The notes below the pieces were generated by a model that was given only the letters and a program-made list of their open reading frames with translations, did no database searches and had not been told where the DNA came from. The translations under genes and the position numbers were made by a program. A DNA stretch of 64,000 nt from an uncultured Bacteroidales bacterium (GTDB taxonomy: Bacteria > Bacteroidota > Bacteroidia > Bacteroidales > P3). The stretch lies in assembly GCA_944321735.1 (NCBI GenBank), contig CALUMK010000007.1:17864-81863 (forward strand). The letters are read 5' to 3'. Of the stretch, positions 9,663 to 17,235 are shown piece after piece (position 1 is the first letter of the stretch; every line of letters starts with the position of its first letter).

Positions 9663-10547
9663 ATGAAAAAGAATTTTAATGGCAAGTTTTTGTTGTCCAG
9701 CTTGTTGCTGATGATTGGATTGCTGATTCAGAATCCATCCCAAGCCCAGCGGAAACGGGTTACGAGGATTGATTGCGACGGGGTTCCGGTTCGGGTCGGC
9801 TTTGATATTTCTGGATTCCATGGCGTTGAAACCAAGAAGATTATCGATGTGGTACTGATACCTTCCGATGAAGAAAAAGTGGAAGTGGAAATGTGGCCCG
9901 CTTTCCAGGAGTTCCTGAAAGTGGAAAAGAAAAACGGCGTGCTTTGTTTCGATTTGCGTTCGATGGAACGTCTGGAAACCACCGGTACTTGCCACTTGAC
10001 CGCCTACGTCCATTTTACGGACTTGCGCAGCATTGCCGCTTCGGAAGCGGCCGATGTGTCCATGAAAGGTGCGTATGATGCGGGCGGCAATCCTTTCACG
10101 ATTCAGTTGAGCGGGTCGAGCGATATGCAAGGAAGCCTATGCGGCATCAGCAACTTGAACATACAGACATCCGGGGCGAGCGACTTGGATTTGGATTTGG
10201 ACAGGGTTACCGCCCTGAAATACCTCGCTTCAGGTGCCTGTGATGTGAAAGGTTCTTGGTGTAATATCGGGCAGATAATCATGGATTGTTCCGGGTCTTG
10301 CGATTGCAGTCTCAGCGGCAATGCCGAAATGCTGAACATGCAGACTACCGGCAGCGCGGAAGTGCGCATGGGGGATTTCTCGGTGCTCCGTTTCGTGGGG
10401 TCTTCCTCCGGGGCTTCTTTCTTGAAGATTCGGGTAACGGACTCTTTCCGGGCGGAAGCGTCCGGCTCTGCCGAGGTTTACGTTACCGGCTCGCCCAAGA
10501 CTACCGATTTCTCCACTTCCGGGGCTTCGGCAATCAAGATTCGTTAG
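9663..10547 (+). CDS. DUF2807 (putative adhesin head GIN domain) secreted protein
   Basis: Signal peptide MKKNFNGKFLLSSLLLMIGLLIQNPSQAQ. It contains repeated SG(S/A)(S/A/C)D... units (SGSSDMQG, SGASDLDL, SGACDVKG, SGSCDCSL, TGSAEVRM, SSGASFLK, SGSAEVYV, SGASAIKI) characteristic of GIN-domain beta-helices. Confidence 0.65.
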   Translation: MKKNFNGKFLLSSLLLMIGLLIQNPSQAQRKRVTRIDCDGVPVRVGFDISGFHGVETKKIIDVVLIPSDEEKVEVEMWPAFQEFLKVEKKNGVLCFDLRSMERLETTGTCHLTAYVHFTDLRSIAASEAADVSMKGAYDAGGNPFTIQLSGSSDMQGSLCGISNLNIQTSGASDLDLDLDRVTALKYLASGACDVKGSWCNIGQIIMDCSGSCDCSLSGNAEMLNMQTTGSAEVRMGDFSVLRFVGSSSGASFLKIRVTDSFRAEASGSAEVYVTGSPKTTDFSTSGASAIKIR

Positions 10548-13311
10548 GGTGCGGCAGCGGCAGGCCGTTTTCCCGGCAGATTTTCTCCAATTGCTGCAAA
10601 CGCCAGGCTTGGTCGTAATTGAAGAGCGAGCCGTAAGGTTCGGCTAACTTTTTCACCAGGCCCGGTGTTTCCTTTTGCAAGTTGAAAAGCCCTTGGCAGG
10701 CCGATTCCAATTCCTTCCAGTCCCGGCCGCCCAATTTGAGCGGGATGAAACCGTCCACGTTATAGATGTGCGTCTCGATATTGTGAATCTCGTCGGCTAG
10801 GATTTTGGCCTTGGCCTTGGTGATTTGCTGTTCGCCCACTTCGCAGAGCACGTTCAGGTATTTCTCGTACAAGACGTACTCGTTCAGCATGAAAGCCACC
10901 TCTTCGGCATCGAATCCCTTCCAGAAATCTGCCGGCAGCGGCATTGCGAGGAAACGCCCCAACATGAACGAACCCGCGTTCAGCCCCGAACGCTGGTTTT
11001 TCCGGCAATAGGCATCGGCCATCTTGAAGAAAGAAACCTTGTGTTCCAAAGACAGAAGTTCATAGACCCGGTACTGGTCCTGGTGCGACCCCATATTGCT
11101 TTCCATCAGCTGGTTCACATAATCTTCGGCATGGCTTTCGAACCAATGGTTCACCAAGTCCCGGGCCGCTTCCGGATGCTCGTTGAGGTCGTTGCGGATG
11201 AGCCGCGTGAGGGTGTTGAGGTCCACGATATCCGGCACCTTGATGGAATTGATGATGTCCATGTACTTCTGGTAGGCGGTCTTGAGGTTGATGAAGACCC
11301 GCTCCTCCTTAGGGTTCATCTCTAACTGCACCCCGTGCAGGTAATCCCAGAATCGGGAAGGACGGAACTTGGCTTTGCCTTTGAAGATGGTGGCGTTCTT
11401 GCTGGAGAGCGTGACCCAGTCGTATTCCTCGATGCGCAGCCCGTCCCGGTTCACCAATGAGTTCCCCTCCATCCGGATTCCGTTTTCTTCCAGGCTCAGG
11501 AAGGCCGGAATCCCGTAACCACGGCAAGCCGTCACCACATGGATGGCCGCCGGGGTCATGCTCAGGATGGCATCCATCTCGCTGAGCACGATGGTGTCTT
11601 CCGGAATGAACTTTTCCTTGCAAAGGCAGATTTTTTCTTCGTTCTTCCGTTTGAGTTCGAGTGCTTTGGCGGTACTGAAACAAATCTTGGCCGAAACCGC
11701 CGAGCGGGGCAGCACGTTGACCCCTTTCCCGAAGAATTGCAGTTCCTCAAAGGACGATTGGTCAATGCTTTCCGAGAAAATCTGCCGACGGTGGTAGGGT
11801 CGTACCAATTCGCTGACCCTTTCTTTGGAAATCAGCCCTTGCTCGTACAAGGCAATCGAAGACAGCAGGGCGGCCCGGCCGGTCAGTTCCGATTCGTTGA
11901 TTTGCAAGACGGCAAAAAGGTCGGCTTTCCCGGGAATGCTTTCCGCCCCGAACTCCACGGTGACCGGCGAAGCCAGGCGCTTTTCTAATTTGGGCAGCAG
12001 GGGGTCGAAATGGTAGATGGCCGGAAAAGCCTCCTTGATTTGCGCCCGGTCGAAGTATTCGTAATCTTTCGAGGACAGGTTGCCCGTCATGATTTCTTCG
12101 CCGAAGATGTCCGGGTAGCTTTCTATCTGCACGCCCAAGCCGGTTCTGGAATGCCGGCTGTAGAGTACGCCCGGATACGCGAAGTCGCTCCCGATGGTCC
12201 ATACCATCTTCTGCAACAGCAGCGAAGGGTAGGCGATGCGGCCTTGCATGAAGGTGGCCAGTAGCGATTGGTTGTTGCTGTAGAAACGGGCGATATGCAG
12301 CAGGTATTGGTAAATCTGCTCGAAGGCGTCGTCCAAGACGGCTTTCCCGTTGGGATAGGACTCGATGTCCGCCTCCACTTGCCGCAGCAGGTCTTTGTGC
12401 TGGGCGATTTGCCTTTCCTCGATACCGCTTTCGTAAGGGTGCGCCTTTCCGGAAAGCATCTTGTAGAGGTTCATCAGGTTGTTCCAGTAGATTCGGGTGG
12501 CCATCTTTTCCGGGAACTGACGGAGCAGGCTTTGATAGACCTGTCGGGTGGTGCCGGCGTTCAGTATCGTAGGCATCAGGCCGGGGATGTACTGGGGCAT
12601 CGTGCTGCGTAAGGCAAGAATCAGCGGGAAGCGGCCGCCCCCGAGGCTGCATCCGGTCATGATTTCCAGATTGTGCAAGGCCTCCCGCAGGTAATGCCGC
12701 TGGAAACTCGTCTTGGCGGCATTTTCCTCGTCGGCCTGCAAGGAGCGTTTGAAGAAAGCTGAACTGAGGATGCTGAAATCCGGGACCGCGTATCCGGCTC
12801 GCATCAGGTCGGTCAGCATCACGCCCTTGTGGCTTATCTGGTCCACGGTATACGAATGGGGCGAGAGGGCCGAGGTCACATAGGGGTTGTCTTCCAAAGG
12901 ATGGCTGTCCACGTAGCGTTTGCAGGCATCGTAAAAGTCTTTGCGGATCCGGCCGAGTTCTTCCTTGGCATGGGAATCGCCTGTCTGCTCGGCTATCAAT
13001 AGCCGCAGAAAGGATTGCAAATGTTCCCGTTTGGTACGCAGCATCAGGAAGATGTCGTACCAGCGAGGAGCGATTTCCCGTTTCTGGCTTTCGCCCGGAA
13101 GGATATAAACCACCGTGCCGGGCTTGTTGCCTTCCGGCTCCCGGTCTTTCTCGAACTCCCGCCAGCCTTTTTCAACAAAGAGTTTGAGCATGAAATAGTT
13201 GGGGTAGCTTCCCCGGATGCGGAAGTCGATGGGGGCTTGGCTCGGGTCTTGCGGCAGGCAAGGTTCTTCTATGAAGTCGGGTCGGTTCATCGCGATGGAG
13301 TTTGGGTTCAA
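10534..13311 (-). CDS. Atypical PEP-utilizing (dikinase-like) protein with a PPDK_N-type ATP-grasp and a phosphohistidine swivel domain, but a non-canonical helical C-terminal domain
   Basis: KGVMLTDLMRAGYAVPDFSIL, LALRSTMPQYIPGLMPTILNAGTT and YPGVLYSRHSRTGLGVQIESYPDIFGEEIMTG resemble the PPDK/PpsA nucleotide-binding domain. SMTPAAIHVVTACRGYGIPAF aligns with the swivel motif GGMTSHAAVVARGMGKP, and the His is conserved. The last ~275 aa lack the GTNDL / CGE motifs of the PEP/pyruvate TIM barrel. The 3' end overlaps the convergent gene 9663..10547 by 14 nt. Confidence 0.6.
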   Translation of the reverse strand: MNPNSIAMNRPDFIEEPCLPQDPSQAPIDFRIRGSYPNYFMLKLFVEKGWREFEKDREPEGNKPGTVVYILPGESQKREIAPRWYDIFLMLRTKREHLQSFLRLLIAEQTGDSHAKEELGRIRKDFYDACKRYVDSHPLEDNPYVTSALSPHSYTVDQISHKGVMLTDLMRAGYAVPDFSILSSAFFKRSLQADEENAAKTSFQRHYLREALHNLEIMTGCSLGGGRFPLILALRSTMPQYIPGLMPTILNAGTTRQVYQSLLRQFPEKMATRIYWNNLMNLYKMLSGKAHPYESGIEERQIAQHKDLLRQVEADIESYPNGKAVLDDAFEQIYQYLLHIARFYSNNQSLLATFMQGRIAYPSLLLQKMVWTIGSDFAYPGVLYSRHSRTGLGVQIESYPDIFGEEIMTGNLSSKDYEYFDRAQIKEAFPAIYHFDPLLPKLEKRLASPVTVEFGAESIPGKADLFAVLQINESELTGRAALLSSIALYEQGLISKERVSELVRPYHRRQIFSESIDQSSFEELQFFGKGVNVLPRSAVSAKICFSTAKALELKRKNEEKICLCKEKFIPEDTIVLSEMDAILSMTPAAIHVVTACRGYGIPAFLSLEENGIRMEGNSLVNRDGLRIEEYDWVTLSSKNATIFKGKAKFRPSRFWDYLHGVQLEMNPKEERVFINLKTAYQKYMDIINSIKVPDIVDLNTLTRLIRNDLNEHPEAARDLVNHWFESHAEDYVNQLMESNMGSHQDQYRVYELLSLEHKVSFFKMADAYCRKNQRSGLNAGSFMLGRFLAMPLPADFWKGFDAEEVAFMLNEYVLYEKYLNVLCEVGEQQITKAKAKILADEIHNIETHIYNVDGFIPLKLGGRDWKELESACQGLFNLQKETPGLVKKLAEPYGSLFNYDQAWRLQQLEKICRENGLPLPHPNES

Positions 13312-13353
13312 TTTATCATGTTGTTTTTCTATTGGGCATTTTGCAAGCCGAAT

Positions 13354-13893
13354 TCATTTCAGATAGGCTTGGAATGCTTGCCAGAGCACGATGCCGGCCG
13401 TGACGGAAATGTTGAACGAATGCTTGGTGCCGAACTGCGGGATTTCCAAAGCCCCGTCGCAGGCATCCACCACTTCCTGCCGGATTCCTTCCACTTCGTT
13501 GCCGAACACGAAAGCGGTCTTTTCCCCGGCCTGGATGGCGAAATCCTGCAAGGGCGTGCTGTTTTCCACCTGTTCCACGGCATAGACCTTGTAGCCCTTG
13601 GCTTTGAGTTCGGCCACGGCCTGCAACGTATCCTCGTAGTGTTGCCAATCCACGCTCAAGGTCGCGCCCAAGGCGGCTTTTTCGATTTCCCGGTGCGGAG
13701 GCACGGCGGTGATGCCGCAAAGGCAGAGTTTTTCCACGCGGAAGGCATCGCAGGTCCGGAAGCAGGAACCTATGTTATGCATGCTCCGCACATTGTCCAG
13801 GATTACGCAGAGCGGGTATTTGTCGGCTTCCTTGAACTGGGCTGTGCTCATCCGTCCCAGTTCCTGCATGGTTTTGAGTCTATGTTGAGTCAT
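13354..13893 (-). CDS. SpoU/TrmH-family RNA 2'-O-methyltransferase
   Basis: Track ORF 13354..14037 runs into an intergenic repeat. The ATG at 13893 gives a 179-aa protein MTQHRLKTMQELG...PLCVILDNVRSMHNIGSCFRTCDAF...FVFGNEVEGI...EIPQFGTKHSFNISVTAGIVLW, which carries the SPOUT motifs. It lies 42 nt upstream of the dikinase-like gene on the same strand. Confidence 0.8.
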   Translation of the reverse strand: MTQHRLKTMQELGRMSTAQFKEADKYPLCVILDNVRSMHNIGSCFRTCDAFRVEKLCLCGITAVPPHREIEKAALGATLSVDWQHYEDTLQAVAELKAKGYKVYAVEQVENSTPLQDFAIQAGEKTAFVFGNEVEGIRQEVVDACDGALEIPQFGTKHSFNISVTAGIVLWQAFQAYLK

Positions 13894-14007
13894 CGTTGTT
13901 GTTTTTTTTTGTGGATTACAGGGGAATCGCCTCGAAAGTGGCAAGTTTTTTTGATGGGTTCGGAGTGTACGCCGCATTGTGGCGGCCTGTAAGGGATTCC
14001 CTCCCGG

Positions 14008-14140
14008 CAAAAATAGTGAAAGTCGAGCGCAGAGCAAACGAGCTTGCTCGAGTTGCTCTGCCGAGACGCATCCTGTTTTCGACGACAGTCAAAAATAGTG
14101 AAAGTCGAGCGCAGAGCAAACGAGCTTGCTCGAGTTTGCT
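14008..14140. repeat. Two tandem copies (period 82 bp) of an intergenic repeat unit carrying a hairpin and a CAAAAATA box; same family as 56891..57065
   Basis: CAAAAATAGTGAAAGTCGAGCGCAGAGCAAACGAGCTTGCTCGAGTT(T)GCT occurs at 14008-14057 and 14090-14140. The stem is CAGAGCAA/TTGCTCTG. CAAAAATA is the reverse complement of TATTTTTG, a TAnnTTTG box. Confidence 0.8.
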
Positions 14141-14394
14141 GAGGCGTAGGGGCTTCGATGAAATCAATCTTCGGTGCGAAGCACTCAAAAGTACGGAATT
14201 TATAGAACCCGTTTTGTGGCGAACCTGCCAAGCCTGACGACCGATTAAGGTTTACGGCGGGTTCTATGTACTAGGCCGAGGGGGTCCGTCGGGCGAGCGA
14301 AGTTTTGTCCCACGAAAAGGACGCATAGAGGACCATAAGACCGATTTTGCAGGGCTGGAGTGAAAAAACAAGGATAGTAGTTTGGAAAAAATAC

Positions 14395-14402
14395 TAACTT
14401 TG
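14395..14402 (+). promoter_or_regulatory. -7 promoter box TAACTTTG for array copy A
   Basis: Exact TAnnTTTG match, 98 nt upstream of ATG 14500. The same octamer sits at the equivalent position before copies B, C and D. Confidence 0.5.
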
Positions 14403-14499
14403 TCTGTTAGTGGGGAGTCCGCATCCGACAGATTCCGACAGAGGATGCGATTGCTCTCTGCAAGCTTAGCAAACCGCTGTTGCGTAAAAACATTACACT

Positions 14500-16041
14500 A
14501 TGCTGTACCCGATTGGAATCCAGAGCTTTGAAAGCATCCGCGAAGGCGGCTATGTCTATGTGGACAAAACCCATTTGATTCATCAGCTTGCCACTACCGG
14601 CAAATATTATTTCCTGAGCCGCCCACGCCGCTTCGGGAAGAGCCTCTTGGTTTCCACGATGGAGGCCTATTTCCAAGGGAAAAAGGATTTATTCAAAGGA
14701 TTGGCTATCGAGAAATTGGAAAAGGTCTGGGCAGAATACCCGGTGCTGCATTTGGATTTGAGCGGAAAAACCTACAACAAAGCCGAGGACTTGGAAATGC
14801 TTTTGGATATGCATCTATGCCGATGGGAAAAAGCTTTCGATATGCAAACTCGGTATTCTGAACCAGACATCCGTTTCCAAACCCTCATCGATACCGCCTA
14901 TGAAAAGACCGGAAAGCCTGTTGTCATCCTGATTGACGAGTACGACAAGCCGTTATTGGATTCGGCTGGCAACGAAGAACTTCGGGAAGCCTACCGCAGC
15001 CGCCTGCAAGGATTTTACAGCGTCATGAAGACCCGCGACGGCAAAATCCGCTTCGGATTTCTCACCGGCATCACCAAGCTTGGTAAGCTCAGCGTCTTCA
15101 GCGGCCTTAACAATCTCAACGACATCTCGATGGATTGGGAATTTTCCGGCATCTGCGGCATCTCGGAAAAGGAACTCCATACTTGCTTTGACCAGGAAGT
15201 GTCCGCAATGGCGCAGGCCAACCGATTGACGAAAGAGGAATGCTATGCCAAGCTGAAAGACTACTACGACGGTTACCATTTCTGCGATGGTGCCGAAGAC
15301 ATCTACAATCCGTTCAGTCTGCTCAGTGCCTTGCGAAAGAAGCGGTTCAGCGATTATTGGTACGAGACCGGTACGCCTACTTTCGTGGTCAAAGCCTTGC
15401 GGAGCGGCAAGTTCAATCTGGAAGACCTTACATTGGAAGGTGTCCCGGCTTCCGCCTTGGGCGGGGTCAACGCCGATGATTCCGACCCGATACCCATCCT
15501 TTACCAGAGCGGCTACCTGACTATCAGGAGCTACGATGAGAGGTGGGAGCGGTATGCGTTGAAATACCCCAACAAAGAAGTGGAAAGGGGGTTTGTGCAA
15601 GGCCTAGCCAACATTTACGTTCCTTCAGTGCGGTACAATAGCCCTTTCGACGTGCAGAAATTCGTGGAGGATTTCGAGAAGGGCGATACCGAAAGCCTGA
15701 TGAAACGTTTCGAGGCCTTCTTTGCCGATGCCGACTACGAAATCGTGGGCGATGCCGAACTCTATTTCCAGAATACCATGTACGTGATGTGTAAACTCAT
15801 GGGGCAATACACCCAAGTGGAACGCCACACCAGCAACGGCCGGATGGACATTCTGGTGCAGACCGACAAGTACATCTATATCATGGAACTGAAGATGGAT
15901 GCCAGCGCGGACGAGGCCTTGAAACAAATCGAGGACAAAGGCTATGCGAAGCCTTTCGCCGCCGATGCTCGCCGGATTTTCAAAATCGGGGTCGGCTTCT
16001 CCAGCGAGACGAGACGGATTAAGGAATGGAAAATGGCTTGA
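14500..16041 (+). CDS. AAA-ATPase-like + PD-(D/E)XK nuclease family protein, array copy A (513 aa)
   Basis: MLYPIGIQSFESIREGGYVYVDKT..., Walker A-like FLSRPRRFGKSLLVST, Walker B-like VVILIDEYDKPLLD, and C-terminal nuclease-like core ERHTSNGRMDILVQTDKYIYIMELKMD. Confidence 0.8.
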   Translation: MLYPIGIQSFESIREGGYVYVDKTHLIHQLATTGKYYFLSRPRRFGKSLLVSTMEAYFQGKKDLFKGLAIEKLEKVWAEYPVLHLDLSGKTYNKAEDLEMLLDMHLCRWEKAFDMQTRYSEPDIRFQTLIDTAYEKTGKPVVILIDEYDKPLLDSAGNEELREAYRSRLQGFYSVMKTRDGKIRFGFLTGITKLGKLSVFSGLNNLNDISMDWEFSGICGISEKELHTCFDQEVSAMAQANRLTKEECYAKLKDYYDGYHFCDGAEDIYNPFSLLSALRKKRFSDYWYETGTPTFVVKALRSGKFNLEDLTLEGVPASALGGVNADDSDPIPILYQSGYLTIRSYDERWERYALKYPNKEVERGFVQGLANIYVPSVRYNSPFDVQKFVEDFEKGDTESLMKRFEAFFADADYEIVGDAELYFQNTMYVMCKLMGQYTQVERHTSNGRMDILVQTDKYIYIMELKMDASADEALKQIEDKGYAKPFAADARRIFKIGVGFSSETRRIKEWKMA

Positions 16042-16142
16042 TGCAAGTTCCGCCGAGCTAGTGACCGGATCGACTTTTCCTTCCAGCAAACAGAATCTCA
16101 CAAGGAATCGGAACGAATCCGAAAGAGAAAACAAAAAGACAA

Positions 16143-16191
16143 AATGCCGCGCAGGACGAGGACAAAACCCCTCTTGCACGGCATTCTTTTT
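16143..16191 (+). terminator. Hairpin plus T-run between convergent genes (copy A and the LRR remnant)
   Basis: AATGCCG (16143-16149) pairs with CGGCATT (16179-16185) and is followed by CTTTTT. The loop is long (29 nt), so this is a weak call. Confidence 0.35.
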
Positions 16192-16220
16192 AGATGACTC
16201 TTACTCTCCCCTGCTCTCGG

Positions 16221-17036
16221 CTACATCACTAAGATTTTCCAGACCTGTTCGCCATGGCGGACAATGTATGTTCCGGCTTGGTGGACCGGAATCCTTGTGT
16301 CCTTTCCTTGGTAAACCAACGTGCCCACGGCGGTGAAGACGGATACTTCCCCGCTGATGCCTTCCGTGTAGAGGGTTCTGTCCTTGGCATAAACCCGGCC
16401 TTGGGGCTGCAAGTCCGATGTCTCGTTGCCCATCGAGGGATCGCGGTCGGCAAACAGGCTGAAAGTAACCGATTTCAGGCTTGCGTCCTCGGCGCTTCCG
16501 CTGTAGCCGGTGGCATACGCATAGGTGACTTCCTGCTGCGTGAAGGTCAGCTTGTTGCCCATCCTCGTGCAGCCCGTCCAATCCGATGCCTTGGCCATGT
16601 TAAAGCCCGGCAAAGAGGACACGTCGAAGGCGTTGCTTTCATCAAGTTCGATGTCCAGCCGGTTGCCGCTTGCATTCAGCGTTTGCAAAGCGGTGTTGGC
16701 GGAAAGGTCGAGGCTCGTCAGCGCGTTGTCGGAGCAGTCGAGGCTTTGCAAAGCGGTGAAGTATCCGATGCCCCGCAAGTCTTGGATGTCCTTGCCGCCG
16801 AGGAAGCGGGAGAAGCTGTTGGAGGTGGTGCGCCATATCTCCGCGCGGCGTTGCCTGCCTTCCAAGCGGGCTTCCTCCGCCAGGATTCCAAGCCAGCACA
16901 GCATCGTCTTGGGTTTCTCCCGGCTGTTCGTCGGCATCTTGCTTTGATTTCGCCCGCAGGCGGCGGTTCTTCCCTTGCCGGGGCTTGCAACCCTTGAAGC
17001 GGGAGCTTGCATTGCTTGTCCGTTTTGCATATTCAT
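16221..17036 (-). pseudogene. Probable 5'-truncated remnant of a BspA-like leucine-rich-repeat surface protein with a T9SS-type C-terminal domain
   Basis: LRR units (FTALQSLDCSDNALTSLDLSANTALQTLNASGNRL) and a C-terminal beta-sandwich-like tail (VSVFTAVGTLVYQGKDTRIPVHQAGTYIVRHGEQVWKILVM) are present. There is no signal peptide, and the N-terminal ~90 aa are arginine-rich and unlike a real protein. The ORF start abuts the point where homology to the array spacer resumes (17037 onward). Confidence 0.5.
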
Positions 17037-17126
17037 GATGCTGCGTTGTTGTTTTGGTATTGGTTGAAAAGAGAAATCGCCATGTCCGAGTCCTGCAAAG
17101 ATGAAGGCGGCATTCCGGAAAAATAC

Positions 17127-17134
17127 TAACTTTG
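17127..17134 (+). promoter_or_regulatory. -7 promoter box TAACTTTG for array copy B
   Basis: Exact TAnnTTTG match, 102 nt upstream of ATG 17236, within the conserved context CATTCCGGAAAAATACTAACTTTGTCTGTTAGCGGGAGG. Confidence 0.5.
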
Positions 17135-17235
17135 TCTGTTAGCGGGAGGCCTGCGTCCGGCAATCTCCCAACGGACGATGCGGTTGCCCTCAACAAGTTT
17201 TAGCAGACTGCTGTTTGACAAAAAAACATCACGCT

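Noticed and set aside
13894-14237. ORFs 13896..14237 (+), 13890..14231 (-) and 13916..14188 (-), the N-terminal extension of the trmH-like ORF to 14037, and likewise the extension of the nadA ORF to 57116.
   Set aside because: They run through the tandem intergenic repeats and translate into repeated nonsense peptides. Homology-consistent start codons (13893; 56789) lie downstream of the repeats.
14202-14267. A 10-bp inverted repeat ATAGAACCCG ... CGGGTTCTAT with a 46-nt spacer, considered as a small structured RNA or MITE end.
   Set aside because: It occurs only once in the window. There is no adjacent promoter box or terminator, and it resembles no RNA family that I can recognise. The evidence is insufficient to call anything.
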